This document shows, in pieces, positions 25,585 to 34,500 of a DNA stretch of 37,735 bases. The first letter of the stretch is position 1. Each line of letters starts with the position of its first letter. A program made the translations under genes and the position numbers. Origin of the DNA: a virus (lineage: Duplodnaviria > Caudoviricetes); the IMG/VR virus record IMGVR_UViG_3300037484_001196, positions 1 to 37,735 of that record; one strand, 5' to 3'. Below the pieces are notes generated by a model. It saw nothing but the letters and a program-made list of their open reading frames with translations, was not told where the DNA came from and did not search any database.

Positions 25585-26180
25585 TGGGCGGCGGCGGCAC
25601 CGGCATCCCGGTCAGCCCGGTAATCGGCAATCTCACCACCCTGCCCGCGGTCAAGACCTGGCTGGGGGTGACGGTCGATACCGCCGACACCCTCCTGACC
25701 CGGCTGATCAGTGCGGCCAGCGCCTTTGTCCAGGGGCCGGAGGGCCTCGGCTACGAAGTGGCCTCCCAGGCCTACGCCCTGGTGCTGGACGGCCACGGCG
25801 GCGACATCCTGGTGCTGGGGGCCAAGCCGCCCCTGACCGCGGTGGCCTCCTTGGTGATCGACGATGTGGCCATTCTCCCCGCCGCCTCCCGCACCGCCTA
25901 TGGTTACCGCTTCAGCCCCAGCGCCGTCTGGCTCCAGGGCTACGCCTTCACCCGGGGCCGGGGCAACGTCGAGCTGGCCTGTACCCGGGGTTGGGCCGCC
26001 ACGCCCTCCGACCTGGAACAGGCGGTGATCGAATTGATTGCGGTGCGCTACAAGGAGCGGGACCACATCGGCCAGGATTCGGCCTCCATGCAGGGCCAAA
26101 ACATTACGTTTTCCACCCGGGACGTGCCGGCCAGCGTCAAGACGGTGCTCCAGGCCTACAAAAAGGTGGTGCCGAAATGA
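25584..26180 (+). CDS. Head-tail connector/adaptor
   Basis: LTTL..VK.WL....D.LL.RLI.AAS; P.DLEQAVIELIA.RYK. Confidence 0.82.
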   Translation: MGGGGTGIPVSPVIGNLTTLPAVKTWLGVTVDTADTLLTRLISAASAFVQGPEGLGYEVASQAYALVLDGHGGDILVLGAKPPLTAVASLVIDDVAILPAASRTAYGYRFSPSAVWLQGYAFTRGRGNVELACTRGWAATPSDLEQAVIELIAVRYKERDHIGQDSASMQGQNITFSTRDVPASVKTVLQAYKKVVPK

Positions 26181-26653
26181 TCCGGGCCGTGGTGGTGGGG
26201 CAGGAGCAGGTTATTGCTCATTTGAAAGAGGTGCATCCCCGGGTGGACGGCCTGGTGCGCCAGGCGGTCAAAGCCGAGACCTATAACGTGCTGCGAGCGG
26301 CTAAACTTAAGGTTTCCGGCCCGGTCTTAAAGACCCGCACCGGCACTCTGCGCCGCAAGATCAACGCCAAATTCGAGGAAAGCGGCGCCGGTATCACCGG
26401 CAGCGTCGGCCTGGCCCTAGTTTACGGGGCCATCCACGAATATGGCGGCATCACCAAGGCGCACGTCATCCAGGCTCGCCGAAAAAAGGCCCTGGCCTTT
26501 CAAGTGGGCGGGGTGGGCCTGGTGCGCAAATCGGTAAAGCATCCGGGATCCAAGATGCCGGAGCGCTCCTATCTGCGCTCGAGCCTCGAGGAGAATGAAT
26601 CCCGGATCAAATATGCCATCGCCGCGGCGGTGGCCAAGGGAGGGAACTGGTGA
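26177..26653 (+). CDS. Neck/tail completion protein (HK97 gp10-like)
   Basis: RTGTLRR.I, YGAIHEYGG, MPERSYLRSSL; ATGA overlap. Confidence 0.75.
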   Translation: MIRAVVVGQEQVIAHLKEVHPRVDGLVRQAVKAETYNVLRAAKLKVSGPVLKTRTGTLRRKINAKFEESGAGITGSVGLALVYGAIHEYGGITKAHVIQARRKKALAFQVGGVGLVRKSVKHPGSKMPERSYLRSSLEENESRIKYAIAAAVAKGGNW

Positions 26654-27096
26654 TCAACCGGGAGGCCATTTATCAGGCCCTTTTCGACCTGGTCAAGGAT
26701 TTGTCCGGGTTTGTCACCACCTCCCGCCGGGCCCGCCTGGTTAAAGACGTGGCCCCGGAGGAACAGCCGGCCCTGTTCATGGAGGAAGTCCCGGGGGAAA
26801 CGGTGTCATACCAGGCCCAGGGCCTGCCGGCCGACCATCTGCTGTACGTGGAGCTGGGTTTTTACGCCCGCCTGCCCGAAGACAAGAGCGTCGCCCCGGG
26901 GACCATCCTCAACCCTCTGATCGACGCCATCGAGGCCGCTTTGGCCCCCGATCCGGACGAAGAGGAGCAGACCCTGGGCGGCCTGGTGACCTACTGCCGC
27001 ATCAGCGGCAAGATCGAAAAGAACGAGGGCCTCCTGGACGGCCAGGCGTCCGTGGTGGTCCCGGTGGAAATCTTTAGAGCAGGTTACGGGTTTTAG
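26650..27096 (+). CDS. Tail terminator-like protein
   Basis: REAIYQALF...LNPLIDAIEAAL.P...QTLGGLV; position before the tube gene. Confidence 0.72.
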   Translation: MINREAIYQALFDLVKDLSGFVTTSRRARLVKDVAPEEQPALFMEEVPGETVSYQAQGLPADHLLYVELGFYARLPEDKSVAPGTILNPLIDAIEAALAPDPDEEEQTLGGLVTYCRISGKIEKNEGLLDGQASVVVPVEIFRAGYGF

Positions 27097-27137
27097 GTTT
27101 TAGGTTCTGGGAAATAACTCCCCAAGGAGAAACCGAT

Positions 27138-27353
27138 ATGGCTGACGATGAGAAAAAATTGAGCAAGGAGGGGCCGGAGATTCCGGCAAAAGCCCCGACC
27201 GCGGCAAAGTTACCGCCTCTGCAAACCGACGTCATAGTAGAGGCCTGGTTCAAGGAGTTTTTTCCCAATTCCCCCGTGTCCCGGGATACCGAGGCCTGGA
27301 ATCTGCTGCTCCGGGCCAAGGACGTGTTGAAGCAGCGCTTGCAAGGAGATTAA
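27138..27353 (+). CDS. Small conserved-looking tail-region protein
   Basis: AAGGAG RBS; WFKEFFPNSPVSRDTEAWN. Confidence 0.6.
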   Translation: MADDEKKLSKEGPEIPAKAPTAAKLPPLQTDVIVEAWFKEFFPNSPVSRDTEAWNLLLRAKDVLKQRLQGD

Positions 27354-27356
27354 GTC

Positions 27357-28121
27357 ATGGGTAAGCCTCTCATTTTCGGGGCCGGCAACCTCTACGGCAT
27401 CGACCGTAGCGTGGCGGTGCCCACCCCGGTGAAATTCGGCATCCTCCAGGAAGTGGCGGTTGAAATCGCCCTCACCAAAAAGGAGCTCCACGGCCAGAAC
27501 ATCTTTGCCGATGCGGTGGGCGTCTCCGAGGGCAAGGTCACCTGCAAGGCCAAGCTGGCCAAATTGTCCGCCGACCTCATGGGCGGCCTGTTCTTCGGGA
27601 GCACCCCCGCCGTTGGCCAGGTGGTGCCCATCGTGGGCGAGGCGGGCACCATCCCCGCCACCCCCGGCCCCTACACCCTCACCGTGGCCAACGGGGCCAC
27701 CTTCCACACCAACCTGGGGGTGGTCTTCGGCAAAAACAATCTGGCCACCGACGGCCAGCCCCTGAAGCGGGTGGCAGCCACCCCCGCCACCGGCGAATAC
27801 TCCCTGGTCGACGCCACGGGGGTCTTCACCTTTGCCGCCGCCGACGAGGGTCTGAAGGTTAAGTTCGACTACCTCTACACCTCGGCCCTGGTGGGCAAGA
27901 CCCTCACCTTGGTGAACGTGGAGGCGGGCACCACGCCGTCGTTCAAGGCCATCCTCAGCGGTATCCACGATGGGGAAAAGGTAGTTCTCGTCCTCAACAA
28001 GTGCGTCAGCGACAAGCTCACCCTGCCCACCAAGCGCGGCGATTTCACCATCCAGGAGATGGATTTCAGCGCCCAGGTGGATGAGGCGGACGAGCTGGGC
28101 CTGCTGAGCCTGGGGAGTTAG
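27357..28121 (+). CDS. Major tail tube protein
   Basis: FGAGNLYG, FG.LQEV.V.....KEL.GQ; strong codon bias; precedes chaperone and TMP. Confidence 0.8.
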   Translation: MGKPLIFGAGNLYGIDRSVAVPTPVKFGILQEVAVEIALTKKELHGQNIFADAVGVSEGKVTCKAKLAKLSADLMGGLFFGSTPAVGQVVPIVGEAGTIPATPGPYTLTVANGATFHTNLGVVFGKNNLATDGQPLKRVAATPATGEYSLVDATGVFTFAAADEGLKVKFDYLYTSALVGKTLTLVNVEAGTTPSFKAILSGIHDGEKVVLVLNKCVSDKLTLPTKRGDFTIQEMDFSAQVDEADELGLLSLGS

Positions 28122-28124
28122 GGC

Positions 28125-28487
28125 ATGGCTGATCCCCGTTTTGAAGGACAAACGCTTAAACTGGGCGACCGGGAGTTTGTGGTTCCGCCCCTGAATTGGA
28201 AGCGCATCCGCAAGCTGCTCCCGGTCCTGGAAAGGATTAGGAGTGTCGGCCCGGTGATGGTCAGGGAGTTCACCGAGGCGATGCTGGATGATTATATCGA
28301 GGTGATCTATGAGGCCGTCAGCCGCAATTATCCCGAGGTCACCCGGGACGAGTTGGAAGACCTGGTGGACCTGGTCACCGCGCCCCAAGTGTTCATGGCG
28401 GTCATGGGGCAAAGCGGGCTGGCCCAGGGGGAACCGGCGCCGGGGATGGAGGGGGCCTTGACTGGGGAGAGCTCTACGCAGCCCTGA
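28125..28487 (+). CDS. Tail assembly chaperone (G-like)
   Basis: Between tube and TMP; slippery G-GGG-GAA at 28427-28433. Confidence 0.8.
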   Translation: MADPRFEGQTLKLGDREFVVPPLNWKRIRKLLPVLERIRSVGPVMVREFTEAMLDDYIEVIYEAVSRNYPEVTRDELEDLVDLVTAPQVFMAVMGQSGLAQGEPAPGMEGALTGESSTQP

Positions 28488-28729
28488 TTACCGCTACCGG
28501 CTGGACGTACGAGTATATCGACGAGTTCATGACCTTCCCCCGGCTGCGGGAACTGGGTAGATACTGGCGGCGCTGCCCCCCGGCGCACGTCCAGCTGGCA
28601 GGGCTGATGGCGGGCCTGGCAGGATTGGCGGGCGGGGCGGCGCCCGCCGGGCCGGACTCCCCGGCGGAGACCGCCACCTTGCAGGAATTTATCGCTGACT
28701 GGCAGTCCATCGGCGGATTGATGGCGTAG
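28427..28729 (+). CDS. -1 frameshift extension of the tail chaperone (GT-like)
   Basis: The -1 frame is open from the slippery site: ...LDWGELYAALITATGWTYEYIDEFMTFPRL... Confidence 0.75.
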   Translation, partial: GGTGAGDGGGLDWGELYAALITATGWTYEYIDEFMTFPRLRELGRYWRRCPPAHVQLAGLMAGLAGLAGGAAPAGPDSPAETATLQEFIADWQSIGGLMA

Positions 28730-28829
28730 GGGCGACCCGGTGGGTCGCCCGCCGCCAAGGAGCACAGGTTACAAACCTGTGCCACCAGTGCTTTTAACGG
28801 AAAACGGAAAACGGAAAACGGAAAACGAG
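28726..28829. repeat. Inward-facing REP pair plus heptamer array
   Basis: GTAG-GGGCGACCC-GGT-GGGTCGCCC; CACAGGTT-ACA-AACCTGTG-CCAC; (ACGGAAA)4-ACGAG. Confidence 0.88.
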
Positions 28830-28836
28830 CTTCTCA

Positions 28837-31707
28837 ATGGCTGATCGGATTGACGTAAAAATCGGGGCCACCACCGGCGAGTTGAAGTCGGGGATGGACC
28901 GGGCCGCCAGCACGGTGCAGCAGGGCGTCGCTGGGATGCAAACGCCCTTCGATCAGATGCGGCAGAGCGTCACCGGCGGCATGCAGCAGATGCAGAGCAG
29001 CGCCAATGGGGCGCTGGCGTCCGTCGGAAACCAGACTCTCGCCTTGGTTGGAGTCACCCTCTCCCTGGCCGGCGCCGTCGCCCTGGCTCATAAGGCCATG
29101 ACCTCCTGGCACAGCCTGGTATCCTCCGGGATCGGCACGGTGGAAGAGTTCCGGAAGACCGTCATCGGCACCTCCTATATTCTCACCACCATGTCGGACG
29201 TCAAGCCGCCGGATTTGGGCAAGGCCTACGGAGAGTGGAAAAACTACTTTGATTGGCTCTACCGGGCCTCCCTGGAAGCCGACAAAAAATCGGCGTCCTC
29301 GGCCAAGGAAATCTTCACCATCGCGGCGGAATTGCGCAAGAAAGGGGTGGTCATTGTCTCCAATGAGGACATGGACACTGTAGGGCGTTTAACCGATTTG
29401 ATGAAGGCGGTGACCCCGACCTACGCCAACCTGGCCAACCAGGCCCGGGGTGAGATTGAAGCGGTGATGAGCGGCATTAACCGCATGGGTTCCCAAACCG
29501 CGGTGGTCTTGAGGCAGATCGACCCGGAGTTTAAGAAAAATATCGCCAATGCCCGGGCAATGGGGACGGAAATGGAATATTTCCGGAAGCTGCTGCCCGA
29601 TATCCGGCAGTACACCCTGGACATGATGGGAACCTGGGACGCGGTGAGCGCCTCCATGAAGTCCGCCTGGGAGGTGGTCCAGATCAGGGCCTTCGGGGAC
29701 GCCCATAAAGAAGTGGTGGCAATGGTTTCCCAAATGGGAGAGAAGCTGGTCACGAACGGGGAGCTGACCGCGGAGGGGAGCAATCTGGCCCAGGCTTTGG
29801 GCCGGGCCTGGTCGGAGGCGAAGGTGAGTATTAGTGCGGCTCTCGATTATCTGTTGGCCAACCCGGACAAGATCATCGATAAGATCAACACTATGGCGAC
29901 CGTCATAGGAAAAGTGGTGGGGATTGTAATCGACTTAGGGGCCGGATTTCTCAAGGTAGTGGATGCCGTCAGCACTTTTGCCATGCAGGTCCAGGTGGCG
30001 ATGGTGCAGGTGCGGGCCGCCATTGGTTATATGAAAGACTGGTTCGGGATTCTGGGGGAGACGGCCCAGAAGGTGGCGCACGGGATCATCTACGATTTCG
30101 GCGAGATCGGGCCGGCCATTGATGGGGCTTATAAGGCGATGGAGCAGTCCTCCAATCATTGGCGGAACGCGGCGGTGCAAGATGCTAATAACGTCCGTTT
30201 TGCGGTGATGAATGCCATGAGGGCGAGTGCAGCCCCTTTGATTGTAAGGCGAGCTTTCGGGGGGCCGAATGATTTTGAGGGGTATGAAACGGCGGGTGAA
30301 GGTTTGAGAGAATCAGGTAACGCCCCCCCCACCCCAAACACCCGTCCGCCCAGCGGCACCGGAGGCGGCGGCGGCAAGGGCTCCGGCGGTTCCTCTCTGG
30401 TGAAGCAGTGGGCCGCCGAACTGGAGCAGTTGAAGGCGGCGGAGAAGCAGTACCAGTCCCAGAGCCTGCAGATGGAAAAGGCCTTTTGGGCCAAGAAGCT
30501 GGCCACTGGGAAAACCGCCACCCAGGAAGAACTGGAGGCCCTCAAGGCCAGGGAGCAAAACAGCGAGGCCCTGCGCCTCAAGGCCGAGGCCGATTATTGG
30601 AAGGGCAAACTGATCCTGGCCGGGGCCGGCACTAAAGACTATCAAGAGGTGCAGCACAAGATCTTCACCCTGGAGCAGCAGCAGAATAAGGCCCGGCTCC
30701 AGTCCGAAATCGACCTCATCAAGAGCAAATTCAAGGCCGGCCAGGAGACGCTGAAGGACAAGATGGCCTTGATCGAACACGAAAACCAACTGGACAAGCT
30801 CAATATAGAAGAGAAGCGCCAGAATATCGACCACCTGGCCAAAATGGGGGCCATGAGCCGGGTACAGGAGTTGAAACAGTATAAAAAGTTCAAACAAGAG
30901 GAACACTTAATAGATTTAAAGGCCGAGAAGGACAAACTGAAATTAATGGAAAAGGACAAAAAGGCCTACAACCAGCAACTAAAAGCTATCAAATTACTCA
31001 AAAAGAAGCATGACCTGGAATTAAAAAAGATGAACCAGGAAATCACCCAGGCCATCAAGGCGCAATGGGGCCAGGTCTGGGCCGCGGTGAGCCAGGCTTT
31101 TCAGATGTCGGTCCAGGGCATCATCACCGGCACCACCACCCTGGCCGACGCCATCAACAATATCTGGCAGAGCATCCTGACCTCCCTGGTGGGCATGTTT
31201 CTGGAAATGGCCCTGCAATGGATCGCCGCCCAGGTGATGATGCTGATCTTCGGGGAAGCATCCGATAAAGCCAAAGCGGCGTCGGCGGTGGGGACCGAGG
31301 CTGCCATCGCCGGGGCCGCCGGGGTGGCTTCGGTCATGGTGGCCGTGCCGTATCCCGCCAATGTCGCCATGGCGCCGGCGGTTGGGGCGGCGGCCGCGGC
31401 CCTGGCAGCGTCGTTCGGGGTCCTGGCCTCGGCCGCCGGCGGCTGGGACGTGCCGGCCGACACCCTGGCAATGGTGCACAAGGATGAAAAAATCCTGCCC
31501 GCCGACTGGCCGCAAAAGCTCCGGGCCGTGGCCGCCCCGGGCGGCGGGGCCGCCGGGCCGGGCAACATGACCCAACACCTCAAAATTAACGTGGTCACCC
31601 CGGACGGCCGCACCCTCATGACCCAGAACAAGACCTTGTTCTTTGAGCTCACCAACCAGGGCATCAAGCGCGGTGAGATCCGGATTTCGCCTCCGGCGCG
31701 CCGGTAA
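28837..31707 (+). CDS. Tape measure protein
   Basis: 956 aa, Ala-rich helical/coiled-coil; C-terminal SAAGGWDVP...AMVHKDEKILPA. Confidence 0.88.
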   Translation: MADRIDVKIGATTGELKSGMDRAASTVQQGVAGMQTPFDQMRQSVTGGMQQMQSSANGALASVGNQTLALVGVTLSLAGAVALAHKAMTSWHSLVSSGIGTVEEFRKTVIGTSYILTTMSDVKPPDLGKAYGEWKNYFDWLYRASLEADKKSASSAKEIFTIAAELRKKGVVIVSNEDMDTVGRLTDLMKAVTPTYANLANQARGEIEAVMSGINRMGSQTAVVLRQIDPEFKKNIANARAMGTEMEYFRKLLPDIRQYTLDMMGTWDAVSASMKSAWEVVQIRAFGDAHKEVVAMVSQMGEKLVTNGELTAEGSNLAQALGRAWSEAKVSISAALDYLLANPDKIIDKINTMATVIGKVVGIVIDLGAGFLKVVDAVSTFAMQVQVAMVQVRAAIGYMKDWFGILGETAQKVAHGIIYDFGEIGPAIDGAYKAMEQSSNHWRNAAVQDANNVRFAVMNAMRASAAPLIVRRAFGGPNDFEGYETAGEGLRESGNAPPTPNTRPPSGTGGGGGKGSGGSSLVKQWAAELEQLKAAEKQYQSQSLQMEKAFWAKKLATGKTATQEELEALKAREQNSEALRLKAEADYWKGKLILAGAGTKDYQEVQHKIFTLEQQQNKARLQSEIDLIKSKFKAGQETLKDKMALIEHENQLDKLNIEEKRQNIDHLAKMGAMSRVQELKQYKKFKQEEHLIDLKAEKDKLKLMEKDKKAYNQQLKAIKLLKKKHDLELKKMNQEITQAIKAQWGQVWAAVSQAFQMSVQGIITGTTTLADAINNIWQSILTSLVGMFLEMALQWIAAQVMMLIFGEASDKAKAASAVGTEAAIAGAAGVASVMVAVPYPANVAMAPAVGAAAAALAASFGVLASAAGGWDVPADTLAMVHKDEKILPADWPQKLRAVAAPGGGAAGPGNMTQHLKINVVTPDGRTLMTQNKTLFFELTNQGIKRGEIRISPPARR

Positions 31708-31716
31708 AAGGCCCTT

Positions 31717-34497
31717 ATGCCGCCCATCGATTTCGACCGCTGGAGCCAAAAATCAAATGAGCCGCGGATCTACCTGGTGGAAACCAGCGCCGTGCGGCTC
31801 GCCGATGGTTATCTCCTGCCCCTGTATTTTGCCAATCATACCGTGATTTTGGATGACCGCTGCTATCTGGGCCTGCAGATGGATCTGCCCCGGCTGACCC
31901 GCCAGGCCAACGCGGTGCTGAGCCCCAATCACGTCTCCACCTGGGGCGAACTGGGACTGACCATCGAGCCGGATTACCGGCCGGACGCCTATTGCAGCGT
32001 CACCTGGCAGGAACTGCTGTCCCCGGCCTGGAATCTGCGGGACCAGCCGCTCATTATCCTGGAAGGCGGCGAGGGCTTTGCCTACAGCGACTTTAGACCG
32101 GTCTTCACCGGGCGGGTGGGGCCGTATAACTGGAATGACTCCACCCTGACCCTGACCGTCTACGATAAAACCAAAAGCCTGGATATAACCTTCCCCGATT
32201 ATGAATTGCCTGAATCTCCCCAGGTGGTGGAGGAAAGCTGGGACCAGACCGTGCCGGCGATTTTGGGCAAGGTCAAAAATTATAAGCCCGTCCTGATTAC
32301 CAGCGCCAACCCGGGCGCTTATCCCTGGAAATTTGCCCTGGCCGGCCACGTTATGCAGGCCCTGGACGAGGTCTACGGCGACAATGCCCCCATCAGTTAC
32401 CAGTGGGTGCAAAAAGACGTTTTCCCGGCCAGCAAGAACGGCGAAGGCTCGGCGGTCCTGTTTACCTACGGCCCTTATACCGGCTCCCTCATCCGGGCGG
32501 AATGGGTCCTCCAGATCGACAGCCTCACCAGTTTGAACACCCAGGGGGCCTCCGGGCCTGAGGTCGGCCTGGCCACCTTTCGCTGGAAACTGGAAGGCGA
32601 CGCCGCCTGGCGGGGGGAAGGGATCTTAACCTGGAAGTTAGCCTATGACAGCGCCACGCTGGTTAAAAACCCCGCGGTTGGCCTTGGCATCATGGCGGTA
32701 TCCGGAGAATATACCGGCGACTGCAAGCTGTCGTACAAGACCCAAATCACCCGGGCGGGCGACATCGGCGACGTCATTCCCCCCCAGATTATCTGGTCGG
32801 ATGATGGCGGCGCCACCTGGCAGCCCGATGACGTCTGCACCTGGACGCCCGTAGCCGTCGCCCCGGGGGTTATGTCGGTGGCGGCTCACAACCCCGGGGA
32901 TACGGTGGCAGTGGAGATCACCACCGGCGGCAACGTTGGCGGGGCCGTCCGGTTCAGATGGAGCCGGGACGGGGGCGCCACCTGGAACACGGACAACCAG
33001 ATCCCCGACACCACCCCCATCGAGCTGTTCCCGGGCTATTTGATCCAGTTTACCGCCCCCGGCATTGGCGGGACGGACGATTACGACGCCGGGGACGCCG
33101 GCGGCAGTACTTCGGCCATTGATATTATCGACACCGACTCAGACGGCACCAGCGACCCTGAAGCTCTTAACCGGGGCCTGAGCGCAGTCTTTAGCGGCGT
33201 CGGGCAGGACGTACCCAGCACCTCCTGGGAGCATGTGACCCCGCCCCCGGGTTCATCCCTGGGGGAAATGTCCTGGGTGGCCTGGAACCCGGCGGACGAG
33301 GTGGAGGTGGAGATTGACGCCACCGGCAAAGTTGGAACGGGTGCGGGCGCGGCCACCTTCAAGTGGAGGAAAAAGACTGGGGAAGTTTGGGATTCGTGGG
33401 TTGAAGGAGTAGCGATCCCGGACACCAACCCCATCGAGCTGTTCGACGGCTTCCCAGTTCAATTCAACGACCCTAACCCTGGCGGTACCAGCTACGAGGC
33501 GGGCGATGCCGGGGTGTTTACCTGGGTATATCAGCCCGCTTTTATGGCCGGAGATGCCTGGGCCTGGGGATTCAAGGAGGTCCCCATCCCTCTGGATGAC
33601 AGCGTCACGATCCAATTCATAACCCAGCCCGGGCAGGATTTTCACCTGTGGGACGAGTGGCGGTTTATCTTGGGGTCGGCCTTATTGCTGGACGGGCCGG
33701 TGGCTGGAACCAACATCGCGGTGGACGGACAGGGGCTGATCTCTCCGGCCCTGGGCGCCTATACGCACCTGATCGGCGAGCTGATCCGGGCGGTTCTGGT
33801 ACTATGGGGTAAATGGGACGCGGCGGCTGATTTTGATCTGGTGGCCCTGGCCGCCTTTAATGCCGCCTTCCCATATGAGGCGGGGCTGCGGGTAGATTCC
33901 CCCACCGCCATCGGCGGCGTCATTGATCAATTGCTGGGCGGACTTCCGGCCCTCTATACCATGTTGAACGACGGCCGCTTTTTCCTGGCGGAAATCGCCC
34001 CGCTGACCGGGTCGCCGATCATGAAATTAACGGATGTGGAATTCGTTGAATCTCCCGACGGCGCCGACGGCGATGACGATATCTACCGGCGGGTCTACCT
34101 GAACTATGACCGCAATCCCGAGGCCGAAAAAAACCCCAAAGGCGCCCTGAGCCAGGAGCGGGTGGAGTGGCTGCGGCGGGAGTTTCGCCAGGTCTCGGCC
34201 CGGGACGAAACGGTCCTGGTTAATTACCCCTGGGCCACGGATCTCGGGCCCCTGGACACGTGTCTGGTGCAGCGGGCCGACGCCCAGACCCTGGCAAATA
34301 AGCTGCTCAACCTCTTAAAGGTCAAGCATCCCCGGACGAAGATATTAATTAAAAATCAGCCTTTTCACCTGAATTTAGGGGACGAAATCAGCGTCCAGCG
34401 CACCCGGTTTGGCATTGCCGAAGAAAACGTCTATGAAATTCATGGCTCGGAATTGAACTACACCACCTCTGAGGCGATCCTCAACCTGTGGCGGTAA
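31717..34497 (+). CDS. Tail tip/hub protein with inserted repeated beta modules
   Basis: After TMP; P..LGKVKN..PVLI; internal WSxDGGATW and IPDT.PIELF repeats. Confidence 0.7.
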   Translation: MPPIDFDRWSQKSNEPRIYLVETSAVRLADGYLLPLYFANHTVILDDRCYLGLQMDLPRLTRQANAVLSPNHVSTWGELGLTIEPDYRPDAYCSVTWQELLSPAWNLRDQPLIILEGGEGFAYSDFRPVFTGRVGPYNWNDSTLTLTVYDKTKSLDITFPDYELPESPQVVEESWDQTVPAILGKVKNYKPVLITSANPGAYPWKFALAGHVMQALDEVYGDNAPISYQWVQKDVFPASKNGEGSAVLFTYGPYTGSLIRAEWVLQIDSLTSLNTQGASGPEVGLATFRWKLEGDAAWRGEGILTWKLAYDSATLVKNPAVGLGIMAVSGEYTGDCKLSYKTQITRAGDIGDVIPPQIIWSDDGGATWQPDDVCTWTPVAVAPGVMSVAAHNPGDTVAVEITTGGNVGGAVRFRWSRDGGATWNTDNQIPDTTPIELFPGYLIQFTAPGIGGTDDYDAGDAGGSTSAIDIIDTDSDGTSDPEALNRGLSAVFSGVGQDVPSTSWEHVTPPPGSSLGEMSWVAWNPADEVEVEIDATGKVGTGAGAATFKWRKKTGEVWDSWVEGVAIPDTNPIELFDGFPVQFNDPNPGGTSYEAGDAGVFTWVYQPAFMAGDAWAWGFKEVPIPLDDSVTIQFITQPGQDFHLWDEWRFILGSALLLDGPVAGTNIAVDGQGLISPALGAYTHLIGELIRAVLVLWGKWDAAADFDLVALAAFNAAFPYEAGLRVDSPTAIGGVIDQLLGGLPALYTMLNDGRFFLAEIAPLTGSPIMKLTDVEFVESPDGADGDDDIYRRVYLNYDRNPEAEKNPKGALSQERVEWLRREFRQVSARDETVLVNYPWATDLGPLDTCLVQRADAQTLANKLLNLLKVKHPRTKILIKNQPFHLNLGDEISVQRTRFGIAEENVYEIHGSELNYTTSEAILNLWR

Positions 34498-34500
34498 CCT

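Noticed and set aside
27210-28412. 400-aa minus-strand ORF, and similar long antisense ORFs over TerL, portal and TMP
   Set aside because: Shadow ORFs expected in GC-rich coding DNA.
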